Shown here in pieces: positions 42,294 to 51,653 of a stretch of 64,000 nt of DNA. Location: IMG/VR virus record IMGVR_UViG_3300030041_000009, positions 1-64,000 of that record; one strand, given 5' to 3'. The position numbers were made by a program, and so were the translations under genes. Within the stretch, counting starts at the first letter, position 1. The number at the start of each line of letters is the position of its first letter. The notes under the pieces were generated by a model, which worked only from the letters and a program-made list of their open reading frames with translations, did not search any database and had not been told where the DNA came from.

Positions 42294-43264
42294 ATTGGTA
42301 TATTAAAATTTTCATTTAATAAATTTTTAAAAAATATAGGATCATATAAATACATTCTATTAAAATCTTTATGAAATATTGCAGATGGTATCGATGAGAA
42401 CTCTAAATTACCCTCATTAATCCTATTATCAACACTTGATATTTTACTTTTTATATATTTTAACCTAATATCAAATAATTCTTTAAGATCAATTAAAAAT
42501 TTATCATTATTAGTTTCTTTCCATATAGATTTATTTAATTTCTTAATATATTTCTTATTTTTTGAATAATAATAAATACTCTGATATATTTTATCTTTTA
42601 ATAAATTTAATTCAATTTCTTCTATATTACTAAGCTTTTTTATATTAAATTTTTCAATATCTTTAATATTATCAAATATTTTATTGTATTTTTTACCAAT
42701 CTTACTAAAATAATAATATTGATGTATTTGAGCATCGATTTCATGACTTAAAGTTTTATATAATAATTCAATTATATTATTAATATAATCTGATTTAAAA
42801 TTGTTTCTAAATTGACTCAAAATAACTCCGATAGACCAAGAAGATGACCTAAATTTATTATTTTTAGAAATATTGTAATATTGAAAAATGTGTAAACATT
42901 CATGTAAAATGACAGAATCTATATAATCATTAAAATATATCTCATCTTTATCAGAAATATAAATATCTAAAACTATTTCAATATTAGATAAAATATCATT
43001 ACTCATTTTAGAGTTATTAAATCTAGCAACAGAGTTGCAAACATTTTCTTTATATTTATATAAATTAAATATTACTTTAATATTATCTAATTTTAAGTCA
43101 TTTTCAGATAATTCATAAGTAAACTCATTACTTAAATTAATATTATTAAAATTAATTAATATATTATGCAAATCTTTTGATATAGTCTCCTGTAAAATTT
43201 CACAAGAATCAGATATCGATTTTCTTTCTAATAAATATGTGTTGTAATTGTTTAAATAATCCAT
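42290..43264 (-). CDS. HExxH metallopeptidase, paralogue 4 (start MDYLNNY)
   Basis: LHECLH...YKTLSHEIDAQ; the longer track ORF extends into the tRNA. Confidence 0.7.
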   Translation of the reverse strand: MDYLNNYNTYLLERKSISDSCEILQETISKDLHNILINFNNINLSNEFTYELSENDLKLDNIKVIFNLYKYKENVCNSVARFNNSKMSNDILSNIEIVLDIYISDKDEIYFNDYIDSVILHECLHIFQYYNISKNNKFRSSSWSIGVILSQFRNNFKSDYINNIIELLYKTLSHEIDAQIHQYYYFSKIGKKYNKIFDNIKDIEKFNIKKLSNIEEIELNLLKDKIYQSIYYYSKNKKYIKKLNKSIWKETNNDKFLIDLKELFDIRLKYIKSKISSVDNRINEGNLEFSSIPSAIFHKDFNRMYLYDPIFFKNLLNENFNIPI

Positions 43265-43273
43265 AATATAAAT

Positions 43274-43345
43274 TTGAGCAAGTGGTCTGATTTGAACAGA
43301 ATCCTTTAACTGGAAGCTAAACGCATTAACATATGCTACCACTGC
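43274..43345 (-). tRNA. tRNA-Gly(TCC)-like (copy 2, identical)
   Basis: Inside the 88 bp perfect direct repeat 43271-43358 = 41358-41445. Confidence 0.7.
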
Positions 43346-43379
43346 ATTTTAATAATATAGTAATTAAATATTAAAAAGT

Positions 43380-43706
43380 TTATAAATTAAATTTTTTAAT
43401 ATCATATTTTATTTGTATTTCTGGATCTAATTTTACATCATTTAAAACCTTAGCAGTATCTAAATAAATTTTTTTATCTAAATCACATACATTAAAATTC
43501 TCAATTAATGTATCAATATCAAAAATATCTTCAATTTCATAATCTATATCATTGTCTTTATATTCATTGCAAATATGATTTATAGTAAAATTATTTCTGC
43601 TTAATTTATCATCAAATGAATACATATCATTTATACCACAATCTGATATAGTACAAAGATAAATTATTGTTCCAGTATTATTTTCAAATAATTTTAAATG
43701 CTTCAT
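43380..43706 (-). CDS. Hypothetical protein with CTS-like leader and KKFNL tail
   Basis: MKHLKLFE...DIKKFNL. Confidence 0.6.
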   Translation of the reverse strand: MKHLKLFENNTGTIIYLCTISDCGINDMYSFDDKLSRNNFTINHICNEYKDNDIDYEIEDIFDIDTLIENFNVCDLDKKIYLDTAKVLNDVKLDPEIQIKYDIKKFNL

Positions 43707-43707
43707 A

Positions 43708-45309
43708 TTATTTTTTTAAAGTATATATAAATTTTAAAAATCCAGAATCATATATGCGATATACCTTCCGTTCTAACATAATTTCATGCTCTGTTTTATT
43801 TATATCAAATCCTTCTGTTACTAATTTATTTTTACGAAAATTACATTTATTATGCCTAATATTATCAATAATATATTGATAATCTGGCTTAACTTTATCG
43901 ACAAAATCAAATCCTATTTTTTTATATAAATTAATTTGACTAAAACTTCTATCAAAATAACATACTATTTCTTTCGCACTATATTTATTTATAAAATAAT
44001 TTAATAACGTAATTTCACTATCAATAATATTAGTATTTATTTTATTACTAAAACTTATCATCTCATAATTATTATTCTTAATATTAAATGTCATTAAACT
44101 AATTAATTCATTACCTAAATATAAACCAATTTTTATATTAGATTTAATATATCCATGTATATCATTTTTTTCTAAATAACTTTTAATTAAATTTATATCT
44201 AAAACTTCTCTTATTTCACAATCTTTTGAATCAATTACGTTTTCAAAAATATTTAATTTACTTAATATTATAGATTTTATAATTTCATTATTATAAATCC
44301 AGTCATCTTCATAAATATGAATCAATTGAATGCCTTGTTTTTCACATTCTTCAGTTTTATTTAAATGATAATCTTTATCTTTATTTAATTCATTGTGCCA
44401 CCATAAACCATTAAATTCAAATGCTAATTTCAAATTAGGTAAATAAATATCTAATTCTAAAGGATTTAAAATTTTTCTATCATTCAAAATTATCTCATCA
44501 TTATAATTTTCTTTAATAAAACCTAATAATTGTAACTCTAACCCACTAACATTTTTTGAAATTGGATTGCATTCTGTACATAATATTGTTTTATTATTTA
44601 TCCTATTCCACAATAATTTATAATCAATATTAAAATGATGATCTTTATGTAAATCACATTTAAATTCATATTGACCATTTGATAAATATCCAACAAATAT
44701 ATCTTTTCTATCTCTAATAATTTCAGATTTATATAATCCTTTATCAAAATTTTTCTTAAAACTAATAAATTGATTTTCTCTCATTTTAATAGATATTTCT
44801 GCATTTTGACTAGCATATTCTACTCCATATCTTTCTAAATTCGTTGATTTCATTTTATATGGATTTGTATAGTTAGCATCTCCATATTTTTCTAATTTAC
44901 TTACATGTCCTTTTTTGTTAATTTCTTTAGATTGCTGAGGATATTCGACACCAAAATTTTTTAAACAAGTTTCTACTTTTTTATCTTTAATAATTTGAGA
45001 ATTTGAAACATTTTCTACTCCATATTTTTCTAAATTTGTATTTTTTGATTTTTGTTCAGAACATTTTCTACTACAAGCATAATATGTTGTTGAATTTTTT
45101 GTGTTATAATTATATCTACTATATGAAATAATAGTTTCTTCGCCACAAACATCACATTTTGCTTTAATTTTTGATACACTTCTTGTAGGTAAATCTATTG
45201 CAAGTATAGAAATAATTTCATTTCCTCCTTTTACTTCATACCCTTTTTCTTTATAATATTTAATTTGATTATTAGATATTTTTACATCGACATACTTTGT
45301 CAAAATCAT
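43708..45309 (-). CDS. Hef-like homing endonuclease (Vsr/PD-(D/E)xK type)
   Basis: CDVCG, KYGV repeats, ELDIYLP...AFEFNGLWWH...IHIYEDDW. Confidence 0.75.
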   Translation of the reverse strand: MILTKYVDVKISNNQIKYYKEKGYEVKGGNEIISILAIDLPTRSVSKIKAKCDVCGEETIISYSRYNYNTKNSTTYYACSRKCSEQKSKNTNLEKYGVENVSNSQIIKDKKVETCLKNFGVEYPQQSKEINKKGHVSKLEKYGDANYTNPYKMKSTNLERYGVEYASQNAEISIKMRENQFISFKKNFDKGLYKSEIIRDRKDIFVGYLSNGQYEFKCDLHKDHHFNIDYKLLWNRINNKTILCTECNPISKNVSGLELQLLGFIKENYNDEIILNDRKILNPLELDIYLPNLKLAFEFNGLWWHNELNKDKDYHLNKTEECEKQGIQLIHIYEDDWIYNNEIIKSIILSKLNIFENVIDSKDCEIREVLDINLIKSYLEKNDIHGYIKSNIKIGLYLGNELISLMTFNIKNNNYEMISFSNKINTNIIDSEITLLNYFINKYSAKEIVCYFDRSFSQINLYKKIGFDFVDKVKPDYQYIIDNIRHNKCNFRKNKLVTEGFDINKTEHEIMLERKVYRIYDSGFLKFIYTLKK

Positions 45310-45371
45310 AACATTTTTTATTTTATATATAAAAATAAAAATATAAAAAAATTATATTTTTATTTATTATT

Positions 45372-46856
45372 TCATAAAGGAGTTCCCTCTAATTTTTTAA
45401 GCTCATTTTGTAATTTATCAAGTTCTTCATGTTTTTCCATCATCACGTTTTTCCACTTTTTTCTATCAGAATATACTTCTCTCATTACACTACTAACAAC
45501 TCCTTCCTCATTCTTAAATACTGATCCATTTAAAGTTATGATATCATCAGGCTCAATTGTTAATTGATGTCCATTAAATATGGAATAATCTTTACCTTTT
45601 ACTTTTTGACCTTTATATGAATCTGCAGATATGTTAAATTCTCTCATAGTAGTAGGATACAAGGAACTAAAGTCAAAACAGCATGTCCATTCTGCCATAC
45701 CTCTTACAGGTTCTTTAACCCATCCTCCTTTTATAGATTCAGTTTCAGTATCTCCGTATTCACTATCTTCATTTCTAACAAGAACAATATTTTTTTGATC
45801 TCTTAATTTTTCTCTTAAAATTCCTTCTGTTAATGCAAGAGTTGAAATTGCATCTTTAATCTTAATTTTACCCAATACAGCCATGCCATAAAGTATGTCT
45901 ACATATTTCATTTTTTTATGTATCTGTTGAACTAAGCAACTATCTACAGCATTATAGAATACAAATTTCTTATAGTCCTCTTTATGCAATTTTTTTAAAT
46001 CTCCATCGTAATTAATTTTCTTAATTTCTTTTCCTAGTAATTTTTCAGAAGCGAAATCTAAAGATAAACTTTCCTTTACTTTAACTGATTGATCCCATTT
46101 TTTAAATAATTCCATATAATCAACTATAACCCTATGCGCTGGCATTTCTGCGTAACTTGGATTAATAGCATTAGGAGGATTAAATGGTTTATTAAGTTTT
46201 TTTGTGAATGAGGCAACCTCAGGTTCAAGTCCAATTCTTCTTGCTCTTGCAACTAAATATGTCCAGTCATAATTAATGAAATTCCAACCAGTTATTACTG
46301 GCATTTTAGGAACTAATTTGTTAAAAAAACTATGAAGCATATCATATTCAGTTTTGTACTGAACATATTTAAATTTATAATTTGTTCCAAATTTTTGAAA
46401 ATGAGTATTGATATCATTACCAATTGATTCAATTTGTGCAGCATCTAAAAACTGAGTTCCAATTACCAACACTTTATCTTTATTTACTATTGATATTGTT
46501 TGTATCTCACCCTCAGCAAGTTGTGGTTGTGGTTTACCAGTATTAAGAATCTCGTTCTCAATATCAACGAAGAATATATCTGGTTCTGCATATGAATATA
46601 TTTCATCTCGTTCTTCTTTATCAAAACTATCTATGAAATCATAAATGGAATACCGATTTGGGTATTTTGTATAAATCTCTTTAACATTTTCTCCTGACCA
46701 TGTGACAAATCTACCACTTTTTTCTTTATCATCATCAGTAGTTTTTATAAATTTTGTTGGGCGACTCCAATTTTTATATTTTAGTTTGATCTGACCAGAA
46801 CTATCTATATATGAGATAATTAGGTTATTATTTTTATATTCAGTATCTACAATCAT
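45372..46856 (-). CDS. Family B DNA polymerase, N-terminal subunit only (exonuclease plus motif A)
   Basis: VDIE (ExoI), GWNFINYD (ExoII), YNAVD (ExoIII), GGWV, DFSSLYP; motifs B and C absent. Confidence 0.9.
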   Translation of the reverse strand: MIVDTEYKNNNLIISYIDSSGQIKLKYKNWSRPTKFIKTTDDDKEKSGRFVTWSGENVKEIYTKYPNRYSIYDFIDSFDKEERDEIYSYAEPDIFFVDIENEILNTGKPQPQLAEGEIQTISIVNKDKVLVIGTQFLDAAQIESIGNDINTHFQKFGTNYKFKYVQYKTEYDMLHSFFNKLVPKMPVITGWNFINYDWTYLVARARRIGLEPEVASFTKKLNKPFNPPNAINPSYAEMPAHRVIVDYMELFKKWDQSVKVKESLSLDFASEKLLGKEIKKINYDGDLKKLHKEDYKKFVFYNAVDSCLVQQIHKKMKYVDILYGMAVLGKIKIKDAISTLALTEGILREKLRDQKNIVLVRNEDSEYGDTETESIKGGWVKEPVRGMAEWTCCFDFSSLYPTTMREFNISADSYKGQKVKGKDYSIFNGHQLTIEPDDIITLNGSVFKNEEGVVSSVMREVYSDRKKWKNVMMEKHEELDKLQNELKKLEGTPL

Positions 46857-47005
46857 ATATTATTTTTTAATTTATTTTTTAATAAAGTTTCAATGAATTT
46901 TGATTTAGATTTTTTAATATATTTATCTAATAATTCATAAATATATGGATTTAGTGAAAAACTCACTGTAATTTTTTTTTCACTATCTAACATTTTTTTC
47001 TTCAT
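46853..47005 (-). CDS. Ribbon-helix-helix protein, not in the ORF track
   Basis: MKKKMLDSEKKITVSFSLNPYIYELLDKYIKKSKSKFIETLL. Confidence 0.65.
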   Translation of the reverse strand: MKKKMLDSEKKITVSFSLNPYIYELLDKYIKKSKSKFIETLLKNKLKNNI

Positions 47006-47110
47006 ATAATTTATATATGTTTTTATATTATTTGTTTGTTATTTTATAAATAAGATATATTCTTGTGTTATGACTTGAAATTATTTATATATAGAATAAA
47101 AATAAAAGTT

Positions 47111-47275
47111 ATGAAAAAAGTTGAAGAAAAAAAGAGGAAAATAACAATAACATTAAGTCCTGACATACTTATATTATTAGATGATAAAACATCTAATAGA
47201 TCTAATTATGTAGATAATTTATTATTAGAATATTTTAATAAATTAGGAGAAGATGTATCAAAAATAAAATTATAA
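47111..47275 (+). CDS. Ribbon-helix-helix protein
   Basis: KRKITITLSPDIL...NRSNYVDNLL. Confidence 0.7.
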   Translation: MKKVEEKKRKITITLSPDILILLDDKTSNRSNYVDNLLLEYFNKLGEDVSKIKL

Positions 47276-47277
47276 TA

Positions 47278-48492
47278 ATGAGAAAATTAACTACAAATGA
47301 ATTTATAGAAAAATCAAATGAGATACATAATAATAGATATGATTATTCAAATACTATTTATACTGGTTGTAAAAATGATGTCGAAATAATTTGTTCAATA
47401 CACGGAAAATTTACTCAAAATGCTCAATCTCATTTAAATGGGCATGAATGTACGAAATGTTCTGGTCATTATATATATTCTAAAATAGAATTTATTGAAA
47501 AAGCTAATATTGTACATAATAAATATGACTATAGTTTAACGAATTATATAAATAGTAGAAATAAGATTAAAATAATATGTCCGATTCACGGAGAATTTAT
47601 CATAAGGGCGAATAATCATTTACTTGGAATAGGATGTTCAAAATGTAGTGGAAAAAATAAAAATATATCTGAAATAATTGATGATTTTAATAAAATATAT
47701 GATTATAAATATGATTATAGTTTAGTTAATAATTATAAAGATAAACATTCTATAATTAAAATAATATGTCCAATTCACGGAGAATTCGAAAAAATTGCAT
47801 ATGCTCATAACAATGGTCACGGATGTCCAAAATGCGGCATAAATACATTATCTACTTCTAAATTTATAGAATTATCAAAATTAAATCATAATAATAAATA
47901 TGATTATAGTTTAGTTAAATATAATGGTGTTATGAATACTGTAAAAATAATATGTCCAATACATGGTATGTTTGAACAGATTAGTAGATTTCATTTAAAT
48001 GGTAGTGATTGTCCAAACTGTTCAGAATCTAAAGGTGAAAAAGAAATCAGAAATTATTTAGATAATAATAATATAACTGAGAATGAATTTAATAAATTAT
48101 TTAAAAAATATTATAAACAATGTTACATATATGATGCTTCTATAATGTTAGATAAATTTAATTTAAAAAATTTTAGTAGATTAAATTCTAATAATTTGGT
48201 TATATTTTTTAATGTTTTAAATGATAAAAAGAATTTATTGAAAATACATCAAAAAAGTGGAAAATTTAAAAAATTTTTATTAGATATTTATGATGTGTTA
48301 ACTAACCGTTATTTTAATGATTATTATTATAAAAAAATAGATAAGAGTATTAAAATAGAAAATTTGGATAATATATTAGAAATTTATGATAAAAGATTTA
48401 AGAATGCATCAAAAACTATTAAAAATAAGTTATCTAAATTATATAGTTTAATATTAGATGAATTAAAACATGAAAATTTAATAAAAAATTAA
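47278..48492 (+). CDS. Chimera: four C[PS]IHG zinc repeats (HEG type) fused to a metallopeptidase C-terminal domain
   Basis: C[PS]IHG..F...H..G..CxxC four times, SKGE, then about 140 aa matching the end of 49934-50866. Confidence 0.75.
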   Translation: MRKLTTNEFIEKSNEIHNNRYDYSNTIYTGCKNDVEIICSIHGKFTQNAQSHLNGHECTKCSGHYIYSKIEFIEKANIVHNKYDYSLTNYINSRNKIKIICPIHGEFIIRANNHLLGIGCSKCSGKNKNISEIIDDFNKIYDYKYDYSLVNNYKDKHSIIKIICPIHGEFEKIAYAHNNGHGCPKCGINTLSTSKFIELSKLNHNNKYDYSLVKYNGVMNTVKIICPIHGMFEQISRFHLNGSDCPNCSESKGEKEIRNYLDNNNITENEFNKLFKKYYKQCYIYDASIMLDKFNLKNFSRLNSNNLVIFFNVLNDKKNLLKIHQKSGKFKKFLLDIYDVLTNRYFNDYYYKKIDKSIKIENLDNILEIYDKRFKNASKTIKNKLSKLYSLILDELKHENLIKN

Positions 48493-48549
48493 TTATAAAA
48501 TTGAATCTTTTAATATTAATATATAAAAGTATAAAAATTTAAATTAAAA

Positions 48550-48936
48550 ATGGAAGATAAAGATAAAAAACTAGAATTTATCGGTAAAGTGGTTAAAATG
48601 CCAAAAAACACTAAAGCAAAAAATGCATACAATTTTTTAGAAAACATAAAAGTTTCAAAAAGTAAATTGTGGTATATTCTTATTGAAAAAGATGAGAATA
48701 AGTTACAATGTATTAAATATAATAATAAAATGGGTGTTAATTTAACTTTATTAATAGAAGGAATGAAGAATTATTATGAAAAGGATGAGAACATTCAGAA
48801 ATATATTAATGAGCTTAAAATTGAAGGTAATGATAAATTTAGTATAATTACAGCTATTCCTGATGTAGAAATTTTACCAGGTAAAAAAATGATAACGTTT
48901 TTAACAGAGAATTTAATACAGTTATTATATAAATAA
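48550..48936 (+). CDS. Hypothetical protein, paralogue of 34277-34774
   Basis: Shared motifs. Confidence 0.65.
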   Translation: MEDKDKKLEFIGKVVKMPKNTKAKNAYNFLENIKVSKSKLWYILIEKDENKLQCIKYNNKMGVNLTLLIEGMKNYYEKDENIQKYINELKIEGNDKFSIITAIPDVEILPGKKMITFLTENLIQLLYK

Positions 48937-48948
48937 AAAATTAAATAT

Positions 48949-49893
48949 ATGATAAATAATTACGATGAATATATATTAGAAAATAGAGGAATATCAAATA
49001 TTATAAAACAATATACAGATATAATATTTATAGAAATTAAAAAAAATATAGAAGATAATATTTCAGATGAAATAATATTAGATTTAGATGCTCAGAATGA
49101 TTTTATTTTAAAAAATATGTTAATTGATTATAAATTATCTAATAGAAATTATGGATTATTTGATTCATCTCATATTATATTTAAAGATGATATATTATAT
49201 AATGTTATAATTAGAATTGAAATAGATCAAAATAAATTCAACGACGTAAAAATAAAGGAAATAATAACTCACGAATTGACTCACATTTTAGAATATTTTA
49301 GAATAAAACAAAATGATGTAAAATTAAATTTAAATATTAACGTTGATCCGAACTATATTTCAGTTCGTAAATCTATAAACTATATTAATTTTGATAATGA
49401 GTGGAATAGTTTTAAAACTCTGATTTATTTATCTTTAGATACTGAATATAACGCAAGGATTGCACAACTTTATCAATTTTTAATAGATTTTAATTCAAAA
49501 GATAGTGATTTTTTAATGAATAAATTTTTAAATAGTGAAACTTATAAATGTTACAGTTATTTAGATGAATTTAATGCAGAACTATTTTTGATAAAATTAA
49601 AAATGAATATTGGAGAAAATACATTAATATCGGAAATTAATAGATTGAATCAGGAATTAATAAATAGTGGTGTAAACAAACTTAATGGTTATAAATTTAT
49701 AAAAATTGTTGATATAGATAATGTTGAAGCATATTTAAACAATTGGAAAAATTTATTTAAGAATAAAAATAAAAAACACATAAAAAAAATAAATTTGATT
49801 ATCAAAGAAGTTATATCCGATGTTAAAGATAATAAAAAATGGTGTGATAATTTTGAAATTGATGAGAGTTATAAAAATAGATTATTAGAATAA
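48949..49893 (+). CDS. HExxH metallopeptidase, paralogue 5
   Basis: MINNYDEYILENRGIS; THELTH...YLSLDTEYNAR. Confidence 0.7.
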   Translation: MINNYDEYILENRGISNIIKQYTDIIFIEIKKNIEDNISDEIILDLDAQNDFILKNMLIDYKLSNRNYGLFDSSHIIFKDDILYNVIIRIEIDQNKFNDVKIKEIITHELTHILEYFRIKQNDVKLNLNINVDPNYISVRKSINYINFDNEWNSFKTLIYLSLDTEYNARIAQLYQFLIDFNSKDSDFLMNKFLNSETYKCYSYLDEFNAELFLIKLKMNIGENTLISEINRLNQELINSGVNKLNGYKFIKIVDIDNVEAYLNNWKNLFKNKNKKHIKKINLIIKEVISDVKDNKKWCDNFEIDESYKNRLLE

Positions 49894-49933
49894 ATTATAT
49901 AATTAAAAAATAAATTGAATTATAAATAAAATA

Positions 49934-50866
49934 ATGATAATAAAAAATAAAATATTTAATTTAATAGTAGAGAAAGTTGGAATTGAGTTGGATATTAAAG
50001 ATTTAAGTGATCAAATTTATAAATTGATTATAAATGATAAAAAATTATATTATAAATTTGATGGTAAGTTATTTGATGTTAGAATTATGCACATTAATTC
50101 AATACTGATATTTATATCAAACAATGATTCTTCATTTGATGCATCATCTTCAACATTAACTGAAAAAGGATTTGATATTATATTGAATATAAATAAGAAT
50201 GATATAGAAACTAAAGTTATACATCACGAATTAAATCATGCTTTAAAATTTTATATGATAGGTAAAGAAAAATATATAGATAAAACTCGTGAATTAAAAA
50301 GTTATAAAATGAGTAGAACTTTTATTAAAAACCCAGATATTGAAGATTTTATAGATTTGGTTTATTATTCTGATTTAGAAGAAGTTGATTCTTTCATTAG
50401 TGAAGCATATTATGAAATTATGGAAAATTTTAAAAAAATTGGTAGAGTTATAACTAATATAGAATTTAATAAATATTTTAATTCATTTCACAAAGATACT
50501 TACATATATAAAATGTCTGATGTATTATATAATTATAATTTTAAAATATTAAAAAAATATAATTCTGATATGCTGGTTGTATTTTTTAATGTTTTAAATG
50601 ATAAAAAAAATTTATTAATAATATCAAAAAAAAGTGGAAAATTTAAAAAATTTTTATTGAATATTATAAATTTATTTAATGATAAATATTATATGAGTTG
50701 GTATTATAGTAGAATAGATAAAAACATTAAAATTGAGAATTTAGATGAGATATTAGAAATATATGATAAAAGATTTAAAAGTGCATCAAAAACTATTAAA
50801 AATAAATTATCTAAATTATATAGTTTAATCTTGGAAGAATTAAAGAATGAAAATTTAATAAAATAA
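49934..50866 (+). CDS. HExxH metallopeptidase, paralogue 6
   Basis: HHELNH...YYSDLEEVDSF. Confidence 0.65.
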   Translation: MIIKNKIFNLIVEKVGIELDIKDLSDQIYKLIINDKKLYYKFDGKLFDVRIMHINSILIFISNNDSSFDASSSTLTEKGFDIILNINKNDIETKVIHHELNHALKFYMIGKEKYIDKTRELKSYKMSRTFIKNPDIEDFIDLVYYSDLEEVDSFISEAYYEIMENFKKIGRVITNIEFNKYFNSFHKDTYIYKMSDVLYNYNFKILKKYNSDMLVVFFNVLNDKKNLLIISKKSGKFKKFLLNIINLFNDKYYMSWYYSRIDKNIKIENLDEILEIYDKRFKSASKTIKNKLSKLYSLILEELKNENLIK

Positions 50867-50919
50867 AAAATGTAGATATTAATATCTACATTTTTTATTT
50901 TCAAGGAAGTTGAGAGTAA

Positions 50920-51546
50920 TAATCTATTTTAAAATTAGGATATAATTCTATTATATAAATAATTCATCAACACTGACTAATTTAAGTAATTCTTTTCTAT
51001 TATAATTAAAATAATTCCAATCTGTTTGTAAATTATATTTTTTTGAACTAAAATTTATGTTTTCCTTATTTTTTTATAACTTCGACTCCCCAATCTGTAT
51101 CTACTGTAAAATAATTTAATTCAAAAGTAGTTACTGCATTAATATAACCACAATATACATTTCCATTCCAATCACCTCCATCTTTAATCCACAAAGTTGA
51201 AAATCACCTATCATATCAGAAAAAGAAAAATAATCAAAAATGTATAATATAAGAATTCATAACAACCCTAATATCACTTAAATCTTTTGATATATAATTA
51301 TCATAACAATATTGAAGAGCAGTTTTATGATGCATTGCTGTCATATTAATCTTATCGTTATTTTGTATAACTATTTCTTTAATATTTAATATATCACAAA
51401 AATCTCTTATTGTTTTTCTAAAATCATCATCAATTCCATTATTTACAATAACATAATTTATTTTTTTTACAATATTTCATTAATTGAAAATATTGTAAAT
51501 ATAGATGATCTAATTTATTATAATGAATAGAATATACTGTTATCAT
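50920..51546 (-). pseudogene. Frameshifted glycosyltransferase-like pseudogene
   Basis: MITVYSIHYN...LQY, frameshift, YVIVNNG...HHKTALQY...VVMNSYII, then further shifts; 3' end approximate. Confidence 0.5.
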
Positions 51547-51556
51547 AAATTATATA

Positions 51557-51608
51557 TTAGTTTATTATTTTGAATATTAATAAATTCATTCTTATATATT
51601 AATAATTC
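51557..51608 (-). repeat. Duplicated 3' end of the GT6 gene (identical to 52411-52462)
   Basis: 52 bp identity encoding ELLIYKNEFINIQNNKL. Confidence 0.85.
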
Positions 51609-51653
51609 ATTTTTAATATTTTGAATATCTAAATTTGTATATTAATTAAATAA

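Noticed and set aside
43265-43342. N-terminal 26 aa of track ORF 42290-43342
   Set aside because: It overlaps the tRNA copy. The ATG at 43264 gives a leader matching the paralogues.
45750-45775. YGDTE as polymerase motif C
   Set aside because: It lies before motif A in an acidic linker and lacks DTDS.
48073-50866. Diversity-generating retroelement TR/VR pair
   Set aside because: No reverse transcriptase in the window, and differences between the copies are not adenine-specific.
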